Assembly (NCBI GenBank): GCA_012960345.1
Contig: DUBL01000274.1
Coordinates: forward strand, 17,404-62,243
Source of the DNA: Gammaproteobacteria bacterium
GTDB taxonomy: Bacteria; Pseudomonadota; Gammaproteobacteria; Arenicellales; UBA868
Direction: 5' to 3'
Length of the DNA stretch: 44,840 bases
Part shown: one piece after another, positions 36,484 through 44,840 of the stretch
How the letters are laid out: each line of letters begins with the position of its first letter
Numbering within the stretch: the stretch's first letter is position 1
Notes under the pieces: generated by a model
The model's input: the letters and a program-made list of their open reading frames with translations, nothing else
Told to the model about the DNA's origin: nothing
The model's database searches: none
Program-made: the position numbers and the translations under genes

Positions 36484-36951
36484 ATGAGTTACTGGTTGAT
36501 GAAAAGTGAACCCGAGACTTATTCGATCGATGATTTGGCCGCACAACCAAGGAAAACTGACCATTGGGATGGTATTCGCAATTATCAGGCACGCAATTTC
36601 ATGCGTGACCAGATGGTGAAGGGGGATCTTGCTTTTTTCTACCATTCTAACTGTGCCGAACCGGCGGTAGTTGGCGTGATGGAGGTTGTCGGTAAGGCCT
36701 ATCCGGACCACACGCAGTTTGATTCACAAGAAAAATACTTCGACCCAGATAGTCCTTCTGACAATCCGCGCTGGTTGATGGTCGATGTCCGTTTTCGGCG
36801 CAAATTGTCGAATATAGTCACGTTACGTGCGATGAAGTCGGAGAAGCGTCTATCTGACATGCGCCTGGTTCAGCGGGGGAATCGCCTGTCCATTCTGCCA
36901 GTCAGTGCCCGGGAATGGCGTCACATTCTAAAAATGGCAGGTGAGGTCTGA
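36484..36951 (+). CDS. EVE (PUA-like, modified-base-binding) domain protein
   Basis: 155 aa with '[16 protein letters not shown]', '[15 protein letters not shown]', '[10 protein letters not shown]' and '[11 protein letters not shown]'. SD GAGG lies 6 nt before ATG 36484. Confidence 0.85.
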   Translation: MSYWLMKSEPETYSIDDLAAQPRKTDHWDGIRNYQARNFMRDQMVKGDLAFFYHSNCAEPAVVGVMEVVGKAYPDHTQFDSQEKYFDPDSPSDNPRWLMVDVRFRRKLSNIVTLRAMKSEKRLSDMRLVQRGNRLSILPVSAREWRHILKMAGEV

Positions 36952-36964
36952 TCGGGCCCCGTCT

Positions 36965-37567
36965 ATGCAATTGTTTCGATTGGTAACCTTAGGATTGCTG
37001 TTGCTCAGTGTGTTGGGTTGCGATGCACCGGAGCCGTCAGCTCAACTTGTAAAGGAATCTCAGCTCATGGTCCGAATGACAACATCTCTTGGCGTAATTG
37101 AACTTGAACTTGATGCGGTTAAGGCGCCTAAGACAGTGAAGAACTTTGTTGAATATGCCAACAGTGGCCACTATGACGACACCATCTTTCACCGCGTGAT
37201 TCCTGGGTTCATGATTCAAGGAGGTGGTATGGGTCCGGGGATGAAAGAGAAAGCCACCGGGACACCAGTAGAAAACGAGGCGGATAATGGACTCAAGAAT
37301 GCGATTGGCACAATCGCGATGGCGAGAACCAACGATCCCCATTCAGCAACTGCCCAGTTTTTTATTAATGTGTCGGATAACGGATTTCTTGACCATACCG
37401 CTAAATCGGCGGCCGGCTGGGGCTATGCAGTGTTTGGCCGGGTTATTAGCGGAATGGATGTGGTTGAGCAGATTGCCGCGGTGCAAACCGACAACGTCGG
37501 CGGCCATGGTGATGTGCCGGTGGGAGACATCGTAATCCAGTCCCTGGAGATCGTCGCTTCCGACTAG
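36965..37567 (+). CDS. ppiA: cyclophilin-type peptidyl-prolyl cis-trans isomerase, exported/lipoprotein
   Basis: The signal/lipobox-like N-terminus is 'LLLLSVLGC'. The cyclophilin core shows '[14 protein letters not shown]', '[21 protein letters not shown]' and '[14 protein letters not shown]'. Confidence 0.9.
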   Translation: MQLFRLVTLGLLLLSVLGCDAPEPSAQLVKESQLMVRMTTSLGVIELELDAVKAPKTVKNFVEYANSGHYDDTIFHRVIPGFMIQGGGMGPGMKEKATGTPVENEADNGLKNAIGTIAMARTNDPHSATAQFFINVSDNGFLDHTAKSAAGWGYAVFGRVISGMDVVEQIAAVQTDNVGGHGDVPVGDIVIQSLEIVASD

Positions 37568-37664
37568 TTCATGCCGAGGCGGCACAGCAGGCCATTGTTA
37601 GGGACAAAAGGTGTTCACCACAGGGGGATTCCCCTATCTTGCAGTCCTGCCCCCGACTGATTAA

Positions 37665-40600
37665 TTGACGAGGCAGTCGTTGGCGCGCAATCTTAATTTC
37701 CCGCCGGACTTGCCGATCACGGCCAAGCGAGCCGAGATTGCCGCCGCGATTCGGCAAAATTCAGTGATCGTGGTCAGTGGTGAGACGGGCTCGGGTAAGA
37801 GCACGCAGTTGCCTAAGATTTGTCTTGAAGCCGGTAGGGGTCAATCAGGCTTGATTGGCCATACTCAGCCGCGCCGTATCGCCGCGCGCAGCATCGCCAC
37901 CCGCATTGCATCAGAGCTTGATGTGGCGCTTGGAAGTCTCGTCGGATATCGAGTACGTTTCGATGAACGTCTCAGTGGTGAAACCCTCATCAAGGTGATG
38001 ACCGATGGCATGTTGTTGTCAGAGCTGGAGTCGGATCGAGCGCTGAGTCAGTACGATACGCTTATTATTGACGAAGCCCATGAACGTTCGCTCAATATTG
38101 ATTTCCTGTTGGGGTACTTGAGGCAGTTTCTTCCGCGGCACCCCGATTTTCGAGTTGTGATCACCTCGGCAACGCTCGAGACTGAGAAATTTTGCCGTCA
38201 CTTTTTTGATGCGCCACTAATCCACGTGTCCGGCCGCAGTTACCCGGTGGAGATTCGCTATTGTCCGGTTGATGAAGAGGTGGGTGATGAGGCGGTGGTC
38301 ATCGCAATACGGGAGGCAGTGGAGCAGTTGAATCGGGAAGGTTCAGGTGACATGTTGGTGTTTTTGCCTGGAGAGCGCGAGATACGCGAAATCGGTGAGG
38401 AACTAAGGCACCACGTTAGTGATGAAATCGAACTGTTGCCGCTTTATGCTCGACTCACCGCGAGTGAACAGCACCGTATCTTTTCTCCCCATCCTGGCCA
38501 GCGGATTATTTTGGCTACCAATGTGGCGGAGACGTCGTTGACGGTTCCCGGTATTCGTTATGTGATCGATCTCGGTCTCGCCCGCGTGAGTCGATATAAC
38601 CCTGCCAGTAAGGTGCAACGCTTGCCAGTAGAGGCGATTGCCCAGGATTCTGCCGATCAGCGCGCCGGCCGTTGTGGCCGATTGTCACCCGGCATTTGTG
38701 TGCGTCTCTATAGCGAAGCGGATTACGCAGCTAGAGCGGCCCACACGGACCCGGAAATCCTACGCAGTTCGCTGGCAGCGGTGGCTCTGAGGTTAGCGGC
38801 GATGCAGCTTGGCCGGGTCGAGCGTTTCCCTTTCATTGACCCCCCCGAATCTCGGCAGATTACGGCTGGTTACCGACTTTTGCGCGAGCTCGATGCGATT
38901 GATCGAAAGGACCAGCTGACCGCGGTTGGACGTGAGTTGGCCCGGTTGCCGGTTGACCCGCGGTTGGGTCGCATGTTGTTGGCCGCAGGACAACGGGGCT
39001 GCCTCGCCGAGGTGCTGGTGATCGCAGCTGTCCTCGAGGTCAATGATCCGCGCGTAGTGCCTCACGATGTCCAGGAAAAGGCCCGAGCACACCATCGCGC
39101 TTACCCTGAGGCGAAGTCGGATTTCTTAGTGCTGCTCGGGATTTGGATCGATTATAAAGTGCAGGTGGAAGCGCTTTCACGACGCCAACTTCGTCGATGG
39201 TGTGAAGATCGTTTTCTGTCTCCAACTCGAATGCGTGAGTGGGATGACCTGCACCGGCAACTGCACAAAGTTATGCGTGAGCGCGGTCATGTGGTGAATG
39301 CACGCCCGGCCGATCGCGATCAAATTCATAAAGCACTGTTGTCCGGCCTGCTTGGCAATATTGCACGGCGAGATGAGCGTGGTTTTTATCGGGGCACGCG
39401 TGATCGGATCGTGGCAATCTGGCCGGCTTCCAGGCTAGCACGAACGAAGGCGCGTTGGATCATGGCGGCAGAATTAACAGAGACCACCCGATTATTTGCC
39501 CGCCATGTTGCTGAAATCCAACCGGAATGGATCGATGAAGTGGCTTCACACCAGTTACGTTACGATCATTCTGAGGCGCATTGGTCAACAAAGCGCGAGT
39601 GTGTTTTGGCCTTTGAATCTGTCAGTCTCTGGGGTTTACCCGTGATCGTTAGGCGACCTATCGATTACGCAAAGGTTGAACCACAAGATGCCCGCGGTGT
39701 GTTCATTCGGGAGGGCTTGGCACTTGATTTGGTCCGTAGTAGCGCGACGTTTTTGACCCATAATCGAGCACTGATCGCAACCTTGCGGGAGGAGGAAGAA
39801 AAACTTCGATCGCCCGGTTCTCGGGTTGACGAAGAACGAATGGTGGCGTTTTTCGAGATGTACTTGCCGTGCGACATCTCAAGCACGGCGACGCTCGATG
39901 CGTGGTATGGCAACGCAACCAGTCTGGCACGCAATCGTCTTTTTCTAACGAGAGACGATGTTGCCGGTGATGTTGATTTTCTGGATGCCAAATCCTTCCC
40001 AGATTTTCTTCAGGTTGGGGAGTCCTCGTTACCACTGCGGTATTGCTGTGCGCCGGGGACAGATCGTGACGGCGTGAGTGTTGAGGTGCCTCTTTACCTG
40101 ATCAATCAATTGAAACCGGCGGTGACTGATCGATTGATACCTGGATTTCTGAATGACAAAATCCTGATGTTGCTGAAAACACTGCCGAAGCGACTTCGAC
40201 GTCTATTGGTGCCTTTACCCGATATGGTTGAGACATTGTTGCCTATCATCAAGGCCCATCCCGGGCGGTTGTTGGAGGCCCTTGCAGCGGCGACCAGCGA
40301 GCAGATCGGGACGTGCATTACCCCACAGGACTTTGATGCGAATGCCCTGCCGCCGCATCTTCATTTGCACGTCGAATTGGTTGATGAACGGGGGGAGATT
40401 CAGCGCGTTGGTAATGATGTCGACGCCTTGCAGTGCCAATATGGCAGCGAAGGTGGTAAACGTTTTGATGCAGCGATCGCCGGTTCGATAGAGCGCTGTG
40501 ATATTGACGAGTGGGACTTCGGCCCATTGCCGCTAAAAGTCCCAGGGACGATTGGCAATGCACGCGTGACGGCTTATCCGGCATTGGCTGAAGCATCTGC

Positions 40601-41354
40601 GGGTGTGGCGATACGCCTTTGTGAATCACTCGAAGAGGCTGCGGTGTGTCACCGACTGGGTCTACACCAGTTGATTCTTAATCAGCTGCCAGTACAGCGC
40701 CGGTTATTGCGGCGTATACCAAATATAGATCGCTTGTGTCTGCTTTTTGTCACGATGGGGTCGTGTAAGGTACTACGCAAGGATATCGTGCACGCGGTTC
40801 TGGACCGTGCCTTTGATTGTGTGCCCGAACAGATTCGCAATGCAGACCTATTTTTGGAATTGGTGCAAATGGGCCGCTCGAGCGTGGCGCCAACCGTCCA
40901 GAAGCTGACAGTCGAGGTGGGTGAAATACTGACGCAGCTGGCGAAAACCCGTTCAAAATTAACTGATGCGGAACAGCTGACACCGAGTTTGGTGGTCGAG
41001 GTCACACAACAGCTGGAACGGTTGGTGGGTCCAGGATTTGTGTCCGCAACGCCGCGGCAGTGGCTGTCCCAGTTACCGCGCTTCCTCCGAGCAGTTGCAC
41101 TTCGCATCGACAAAGCAATGATTGATCCTGAGCAAGATCGCATGCGCTGTAATCGGGTGGCACCTTTTCTTGCACGCCTGAACACGCTCGGGTCCATCGC
41201 TCTTTGCTCACCCTCGGCGATCGACTATTGCTGGCTAGTTGAAGAATATCGGGTTTCTGTTTTTGCCCAAGAATTAAAGACATCAAGGCCTGTATCATCA
41301 GATCGTCTGGAAAAACAATGGCAGCGAGCGATGCGCTCTGATAGGACTACTTGA
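37665..41354 (+). CDS. hrpA: ATP-dependent RNA helicase HrpA (DEAH box)
   Basis: 1229 aa with 'GETGSGKSTQLPK', 'IIDEAHERS', 'TSATL', 'ATNVAETSLTVPGI' and 'QRAGRCGR', then a long HA2/OB/C-terminal region. It has a TTG start and its N-terminus is shorter than that of E. coli HrpA. Confidence 0.92.
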   Translation: MTRQSLARNLNFPPDLPITAKRAEIAAAIRQNSVIVVSGETGSGKSTQLPKICLEAGRGQSGLIGHTQPRRIAARSIATRIASELDVALGSLVGYRVRFDERLSGETLIKVMTDGMLLSELESDRALSQYDTLIIDEAHERSLNIDFLLGYLRQFLPRHPDFRVVITSATLETEKFCRHFFDAPLIHVSGRSYPVEIRYCPVDEEVGDEAVVIAIREAVEQLNREGSGDMLVFLPGEREIREIGEELRHHVSDEIELLPLYARLTASEQHRIFSPHPGQRIILATNVAETSLTVPGIRYVIDLGLARVSRYNPASKVQRLPVEAIAQDSADQRAGRCGRLSPGICVRLYSEADYAARAAHTDPEILRSSLAAVALRLAAMQLGRVERFPFIDPPESRQITAGYRLLRELDAIDRKDQLTAVGRELARLPVDPRLGRMLLAAGQRGCLAEVLVIAAVLEVNDPRVVPHDVQEKARAHHRAYPEAKSDFLVLLGIWIDYKVQVEALSRRQLRRWCEDRFLSPTRMREWDDLHRQLHKVMRERGHVVNARPADRDQIHKALLSGLLGNIARRDERGFYRGTRDRIVAIWPASRLARTKARWIMAAELTETTRLFARHVAEIQPEWIDEVASHQLRYDHSEAHWSTKRECVLAFESVSLWGLPVIVRRPIDYAKVEPQDARGVFIREGLALDLVRSSATFLTHNRALIATLREEEEKLRSPGSRVDEERMVAFFEMYLPCDISSTATLDAWYGNATSLARNRLFLTRDDVAGDVDFLDAKSFPDFLQVGESSLPLRYCCAPGTDRDGVSVEVPLYLINQLKPAVTDRLIPGFLNDKILMLLKTLPKRLRRLLVPLPDMVETLLPIIKAHPGRLLEALAAATSEQIGTCITPQDFDANALPPHLHLHVELVDERGEIQRVGNDVDALQCQYGSEGGKRFDAAIAGSIERCDIDEWDFGPLPLKVPGTIGNARVTAYPALAEASAGVAIRLCESLEEAAVCHRLGLHQLILNQLPVQRRLLRRIPNIDRLCLLFVTMGSCKVLRKDIVHAVLDRAFDCVPEQIRNADLFLELVQMGRSSVAPTVQKLTVEVGEILTQLAKTRSKLTDAEQLTPSLVVEVTQQLERLVGPGFVSATPRQWLSQLPRFLRAVALRIDKAMIDPEQDRMRCNRVAPFLARLNTLGSIALCSPSAIDYCWLVEEYRVSVFAQELKTSRPVSSDRLEKQWQRAMRSDRTT

Positions 41355-41364
41355 GACCGTCGTC

Positions 41365-42162
41365 GTGATGAACGAGACAGGGTTATGGGTTATGTTGTCA
41401 GCACTGTTGCCGCTGGTGGTATATCCGCTCACGCTGTGCTTGGGGTTTTCGATATTGGGTCTTGCGTTGATGCTGTTCAGAAGGCGAATGGTGGGCGCGG
41501 TTCTCGTTCTGTGCGCATTTAGTATTTTATTTGTGGCTGCGTTGCCTATGACCGGCAACTGGCTTTATGGTTCTTTGGAGCGCCAGTTTGCGACCCAGCC
41601 GATTGACCAATTTCCCAAAGCCGATGTAATCGTCTTATTGGGGGGTGTTTTGCGGTTGCCGCTGCCCCCGCGTACTGATTTTGAGTTGACCGGTACATCC
41701 AATCGTATTCGCTACGCCGCCTTGCTTTACCAGGCGGGTCGTGCGCAGCGCATTTTGGTTAGTGGAGGAAATGTCTTTGATCAGAATGGCGTACGCGGCG
41801 AAGCGTTTTACGTGAAATCCTTTCTGAGTGAGTTGGGCGTGCCCGCCGAAGTGGTTCTGACTGAAGAACGCAGTCGCAACACCTACCAGAATGCTGTCGA
41901 GACCTCTAGAATACTGGTCACCGAAGGTTGGCACTCATTGCTGTTGGTGACCTCGGCCTCACATATGCCAAGAGCTTATGCCGTATTTCAATCCCGTGGT
42001 CTGGAAGTCATTGCTGCACCCACCGATTTTCAGGTGGCGGCTTATAGCCAGCCAGCTATTTTGGACTGGATACCGACCGCTGGTGGATTGGGTAGAACCA
42101 CGGCGGCACTGCATGAATATCTTGGTATCTGGGTCTATCGGTTACGGGGATGGATTCACTGA
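41365..42162 (+). CDS. YdcF/DUF218 family membrane-anchored protein
   Basis: Two N-terminal TM segments precede the DUF218 core: 'ADVIVLLGG', 'RILVSGGN' and 'LLVTSASHMPRA'. Confidence 0.82.
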   Translation: MMNETGLWVMLSALLPLVVYPLTLCLGFSILGLALMLFRRRMVGAVLVLCAFSILFVAALPMTGNWLYGSLERQFATQPIDQFPKADVIVLLGGVLRLPLPPRTDFELTGTSNRIRYAALLYQAGRAQRILVSGGNVFDQNGVRGEAFYVKSFLSELGVPAEVVLTEERSRNTYQNAVETSRILVTEGWHSLLLVTSASHMPRAYAVFQSRGLEVIAAPTDFQVAAYSQPAILDWIPTAGGLGRTTAALHEYLGIWVYRLRGWIH

Positions 42163-42183
42163 CATGCGAGCGAGCGTTATACG

Positions 42184-43725
42184 TTGATGAGAAATTGGGT
42201 GCTTGATGGATCGTTGATTGTCGCGTCCTGCATGAAGACAGGAGCGAATTTTGTTCCGACATGGCTTGAAGAGGCGCTTTCCCAGGGACATCGGTTTTGG
42301 GTTTACGTTGGCCAACTTCAATCAACGCGTGCCGATCTCACTCGGCAATTGACGGAATCGGGCGCAGATCAACCTGGGGCCACCGCGACGAGTCGTTTGG
42401 TATCGTTTCTCAGCCGATGCCAGTGGTTGGCAGCATTAGCGGAAGACGGCGATGTGTTGGCCGAGGTCGATTTGATCGGCGCCCAGTTGCGCAAAGCCGC
42501 GGCTCGTTTAGGCGGAGACAGCGGCATTTTGACCGATGATCCACAACGCATTGCTCTGGGGAAGCCGTTTTGCACCGTGGCGCGATTGCAAGAGCGCTCG
42601 ACAAGCAGTGACGGTATTGCCTTCATTGATCTGGCGTCGCAGCAGGATCGCATTCGCCCAACGCTTGAAAGTGCGCTGCACCGAGTGCTCCATCACGGTC
42701 GTTATATACAGGGTCCGGAGATTGAAGCGCTTGAGAAAAGACTGGCCGATTACGTTGGCGTTGAGCACTGTGTGGGTGTATCAAGCGGTACCGATGCATT
42801 GCTCATTGCCTTGATGGCGCTCGGAATTGGGTCGGATGATGAGATCATTACCACCGCGTTTTCGTTTGCTGCGACGGCGGAAGTTATTCTCTTGTTGGGT
42901 GCGCGTCCGGTGTACGTCGATATTGATCCGGTGACATTCAATATTGATGTGAGTTTGATTGAAGAGAAGATTAATGCAAGAACGCGAGCTATCCTGCCGG
43001 TGGGGTTGTATGGCCAGTGCCCGGATTTCTCGGCCATGCGTTTAATTGCCCGACAACATGGTCTGGTATTGATCGAAGATGCGGCGCAGAGTTTTGGTGC
43101 AACGCAAGATGGTGTGCGCTCTGGTAACCTCGGCACTATAGGGGCAACGAGTTTTTTCCCTGCTAAGCCGTTGGGCGCTTATGGCGACGCGGGAGCTTGT
43201 TTTACCAATGACGCCGATTTAATGACGCGACTGCGTGAAATTCGTGATCATGGGCAGAGTCAGCGCTATCACCACGTTCGATTGGGTATTAATGCGCGAA
43301 TGGCGTCGATCCAGGCTGCTGTTTTACTACAGAAACTGACGGTATTTGATGACGAGTTGGTCATGCGACAACGTGCCGCGACACGCTATCAGACGCTTCT
43401 TGAGGGGTCAGCCGATGCTGTGGGAATGACTTTGCCTGTGGTTGCGCCTGGCAACACATCGTCCTGGGCTCAGTATACTGTCCAGGTCGGCTGTCGTGAT
43501 CAGGTTCAGGCAGCCCTTTCGCAACGCGGTGTGCCGACGGCGGTGCATTATCCAGCACCCATTCCGGTGCAGCCTGCGATGGTGGATTCTTCCGGTCAGT
43601 ATCCGGTGTCAGCGCGAAGTGCCCAGAGCGTGTTGAGTCTTCCCATGCATCCTTATCTTAATTCAGCGACACAGCAACGTATTGCTGAACAGTTGATTCA
43701 GGTGGTTAAAGAGACCATCGCTTAA
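42184..43725 (+). CDS. DegT/DnrJ/EryC1/StrS-family sugar-nucleotide aminotransferase with ~140-aa N-terminal extension
   Basis: The core runs from about residue 145: 'IAFIDLASQ', 'GRYIQGPEIEALEKRLADYVG', 'GVSSGTDALLIAL', 'LIEDAAQSFGA', 'ATSFFPAKPLGAYGDAG' (PLP Lys) and 'RDHGQS'. The frame stays open upstream to TTG/ATG 42184/42187. Internal alternative starts are GTG 42577 and TTG 42586. Confidence 0.85.
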   Translation: MMRNWVLDGSLIVASCMKTGANFVPTWLEEALSQGHRFWVYVGQLQSTRADLTRQLTESGADQPGATATSRLVSFLSRCQWLAALAEDGDVLAEVDLIGAQLRKAAARLGGDSGILTDDPQRIALGKPFCTVARLQERSTSSDGIAFIDLASQQDRIRPTLESALHRVLHHGRYIQGPEIEALEKRLADYVGVEHCVGVSSGTDALLIALMALGIGSDDEIITTAFSFAATAEVILLLGARPVYVDIDPVTFNIDVSLIEEKINARTRAILPVGLYGQCPDFSAMRLIARQHGLVLIEDAAQSFGATQDGVRSGNLGTIGATSFFPAKPLGAYGDAGACFTNDADLMTRLREIRDHGQSQRYHHVRLGINARMASIQAAVLLQKLTVFDDELVMRQRAATRYQTLLEGSADAVGMTLPVVAPGNTSSWAQYTVQVGCRDQVQAALSQRGVPTAVHYPAPIPVQPAMVDSSGQYPVSARSAQSVLSLPMHPYLNSATQQRIAEQLIQVVKETIA

Positions 43726-43768
43726 GGCTCTATTATCGAATCGCAAGACCCCACAAAGCTTCGTTAGC

Positions 43769-44840
43769 ATGACTATTGCAATCATTGGACTCGGGTACGT
43801 TGGCATCCAATTGGCCACTGCGTTTGGCAGGTCGCGTCGTACGGTCGGTTTCGATGTAGATCGTGTAAAGCTCGATCAATATCGAGCTGGGGTCGATCCT
43901 TCGGGTGAATTAACAGCGCAGGCTTTAGGTGGCGCATCAGAACTTTTTCTTACCTCGAATCCTGACGATCTTATTGGCGCGAAGTTCATGATTATTGCTG
44001 TGCCGACACCGGTCGACAGTAACAATCAACCGGATTTTGGGCCGTTGATCAAAGCCAGTGAGATGGTGGGCAGCGCGCTGCGAAAGGGTGCCACTGTGAT
44101 CTATGAATCAACGGTTTACCCAGGCGCTACGGAGGAGGTCTGTATTCCCATTTTGGAGAAAACCTCAGGGATGAAGTGGAAGCGAGATTTTCATATCGGT
44201 TACTCGCCTGAGCGGATAAATCCCGGTGACCCCGAGCATGGGTTGGCCCAGATAACAAAGATCGTTTCCGCCGATGATAACGAGACCTTGGATCAACTCG
44301 CTGTATTGTATGCGTCGATTGTTGAGGCCGGGGTCCATCGAGTATCGAGTATCCGAGTCGCGGAAGCGGCAAAGGTGATTGAGAATACACAGCGCGATCT
44401 CAACATTGCATTGGTTAATGAATTAGCGATGATATTTGATCGGTTGGACATCGACTCAAACGAGGTGTTTAAGGCAGCGGAAACCAAGTGGAATTTTCAC
44501 CGTTTCAGACCTGGGCTGGTTGGCGGCCATTGTATTGGTGTCGATCCTTATTACCTGACGCACAAAGCGCAATCCATTGGATATGACTCCAGAGTGATCC
44601 TGGCGGGTCGGCGAATCAATGATGAAATGGCAGAGTATGTGGCCGAAAAAACGATGACCGAACTGCGCAATGCTGGCATGGCTTTGTCGGGGGCGGTAGT
44701 GACTGTTCTCGGTGTGGCTTTTAAGGAAAACTGTGCTGATACTCGTAACTCACAAGTGTTTAAGTTGATTGCGGCACTTGAGTCAAACGGCATTAATGTT
44801 CAAGTGGTCGACCCACTGGTTAATTTGGTCGAGGTAGCAC
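43769..44840 (+). CDS. nucleotide-sugar (UDP-GlcNAc/UDP-GalNAc-type) 6-dehydrogenase, 3'-truncated by window edge
   Basis: It is not in the ORF track because it has no stop inside the window; I translated it by hand from ATG 43769. Motifs: 'IAIIGLGYVGIQLATAF' (NAD Rossmann), 'IIAVPTPV', 'VIYESTVYPGATEE', 'GYSPERINPGD', 'AAKVIENTQRDLNIALVNE' and 'RPGLVGGHCIGVDPYYL' (catalytic Cys). Confidence 0.88.
   Translation, partial: MTIAIIGLGYVGIQLATAFGRSRRTVGFDVDRVKLDQYRAGVDPSGELTAQALGGASELFLTSNPDDLIGAKFMIIAVPTPVDSNNQPDFGPLIKASEMVGSALRKGATVIYESTVYPGATEEVCIPILEKTSGMKWKRDFHIGYSPERINPGDPEHGLAQITKIVSADDNETLDQLAVLYASIVEAGVHRVSSIRVAEAAKVIENTQRDLNIALVNELAMIFDRLDIDSNEVFKAAETKWNFHRFRPGLVGGHCIGVDPYYLTHKAQSIGYDSRVILAGRRINDEMAEYVAEKTMTELRNAGMALSGAVVTVLGVAFKENCADTRNSQVFKLIAALESNGINVQVVDPLVNLVEVA

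Noticed and set aside
37622-37635. Hairpin AGGGG-GATT-CCCCT followed by ATCTT after ppiA, as a rho-independent terminator. Weak stems after fba (GCTGGG-N7-CCCAGC, about 19731-19749) and after the VWA gene were considered for the same reason.
   Set aside because: The stems are only 5-6 bp and there is no proper U-tract. I could not find any convincing intrinsic terminator in the window by eye.
1-44840. Search for CRISPR arrays, IS elements or inverted terminal repeats, integrase or phage genes, tRNA/rRNA genes, toxin-antitoxin pairs and known defence genes.
   Set aside because: None was found. Intergenic spacers are short and non-repetitive, and every ORF above about 150 aa is accounted for by a housekeeping or metabolic family. 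The only non-coding RNA supported is 6S RNA.

Overview
This window looks like 44.8 kb of ordinary chromosomal core from a gammaproteobacterium. About 46 genes are tightly packed, and nearly all can be recognised from sequence motifs. Gene order resembles Pseudomonas and related gammaproteobacteria.

Gene content, left to right:
- Two tandem CNNM/CorC-type transporters, a SAM methyltransferase, mtnP, then yggT-proC-yggS divergent from pilT-pilU.
- An orphan PqqB-like MBL protein, then ruvX-yqgE-tonB3-like.
- An IMPase-family gene followed by a tkt-gap-pgk-pyk-fba (class I) central-carbon cluster.
- A MoxR AAA+/VWA pair.
- A nucleoside-salvage island: yhhQ, nucleoside hydrolase, ribokinase, a truncated cdd remnant, an antisense FabD-like acyltransferase, PNP, deoA and a PfkB kinase.
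- fur, then ygfB-pepP-ubiH-ubiI divergent from a TIGR02449-like gene, zapA, 6S RNA and 5-FCL.
- A YmdB-like phosphoesterase, an EVE-domain protein, ppiA, hrpA and ydcF.
- The start of a sugar-nucleotide/polysaccharide locus: an extended DegT aminotransferase and a UDP-sugar dehydrogenase that runs off the right edge and is missing from the ORF track.

I found no transposase, integrase, phage genes, CRISPR array, tRNA or rRNA, and no recognisable defence island. I do not see a convincing new multi-gene system.

The items most worth a second look are:
- the translationally coupled yhhQ-hydrolase-ribokinase unit, a possible queuosine or modified-nucleoside salvage module;
- the roughly 140-aa PIN-like extension on the DegT aminotransferase;
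- the zapA-ssrS-5FCL-YmdB-EVE neighbourhood;
- the decayed cdd locus with a small hydrophobic ORF;
- the orphan FabD-like gene.

All functional calls rest on motif recognition by eye. No database search was run.
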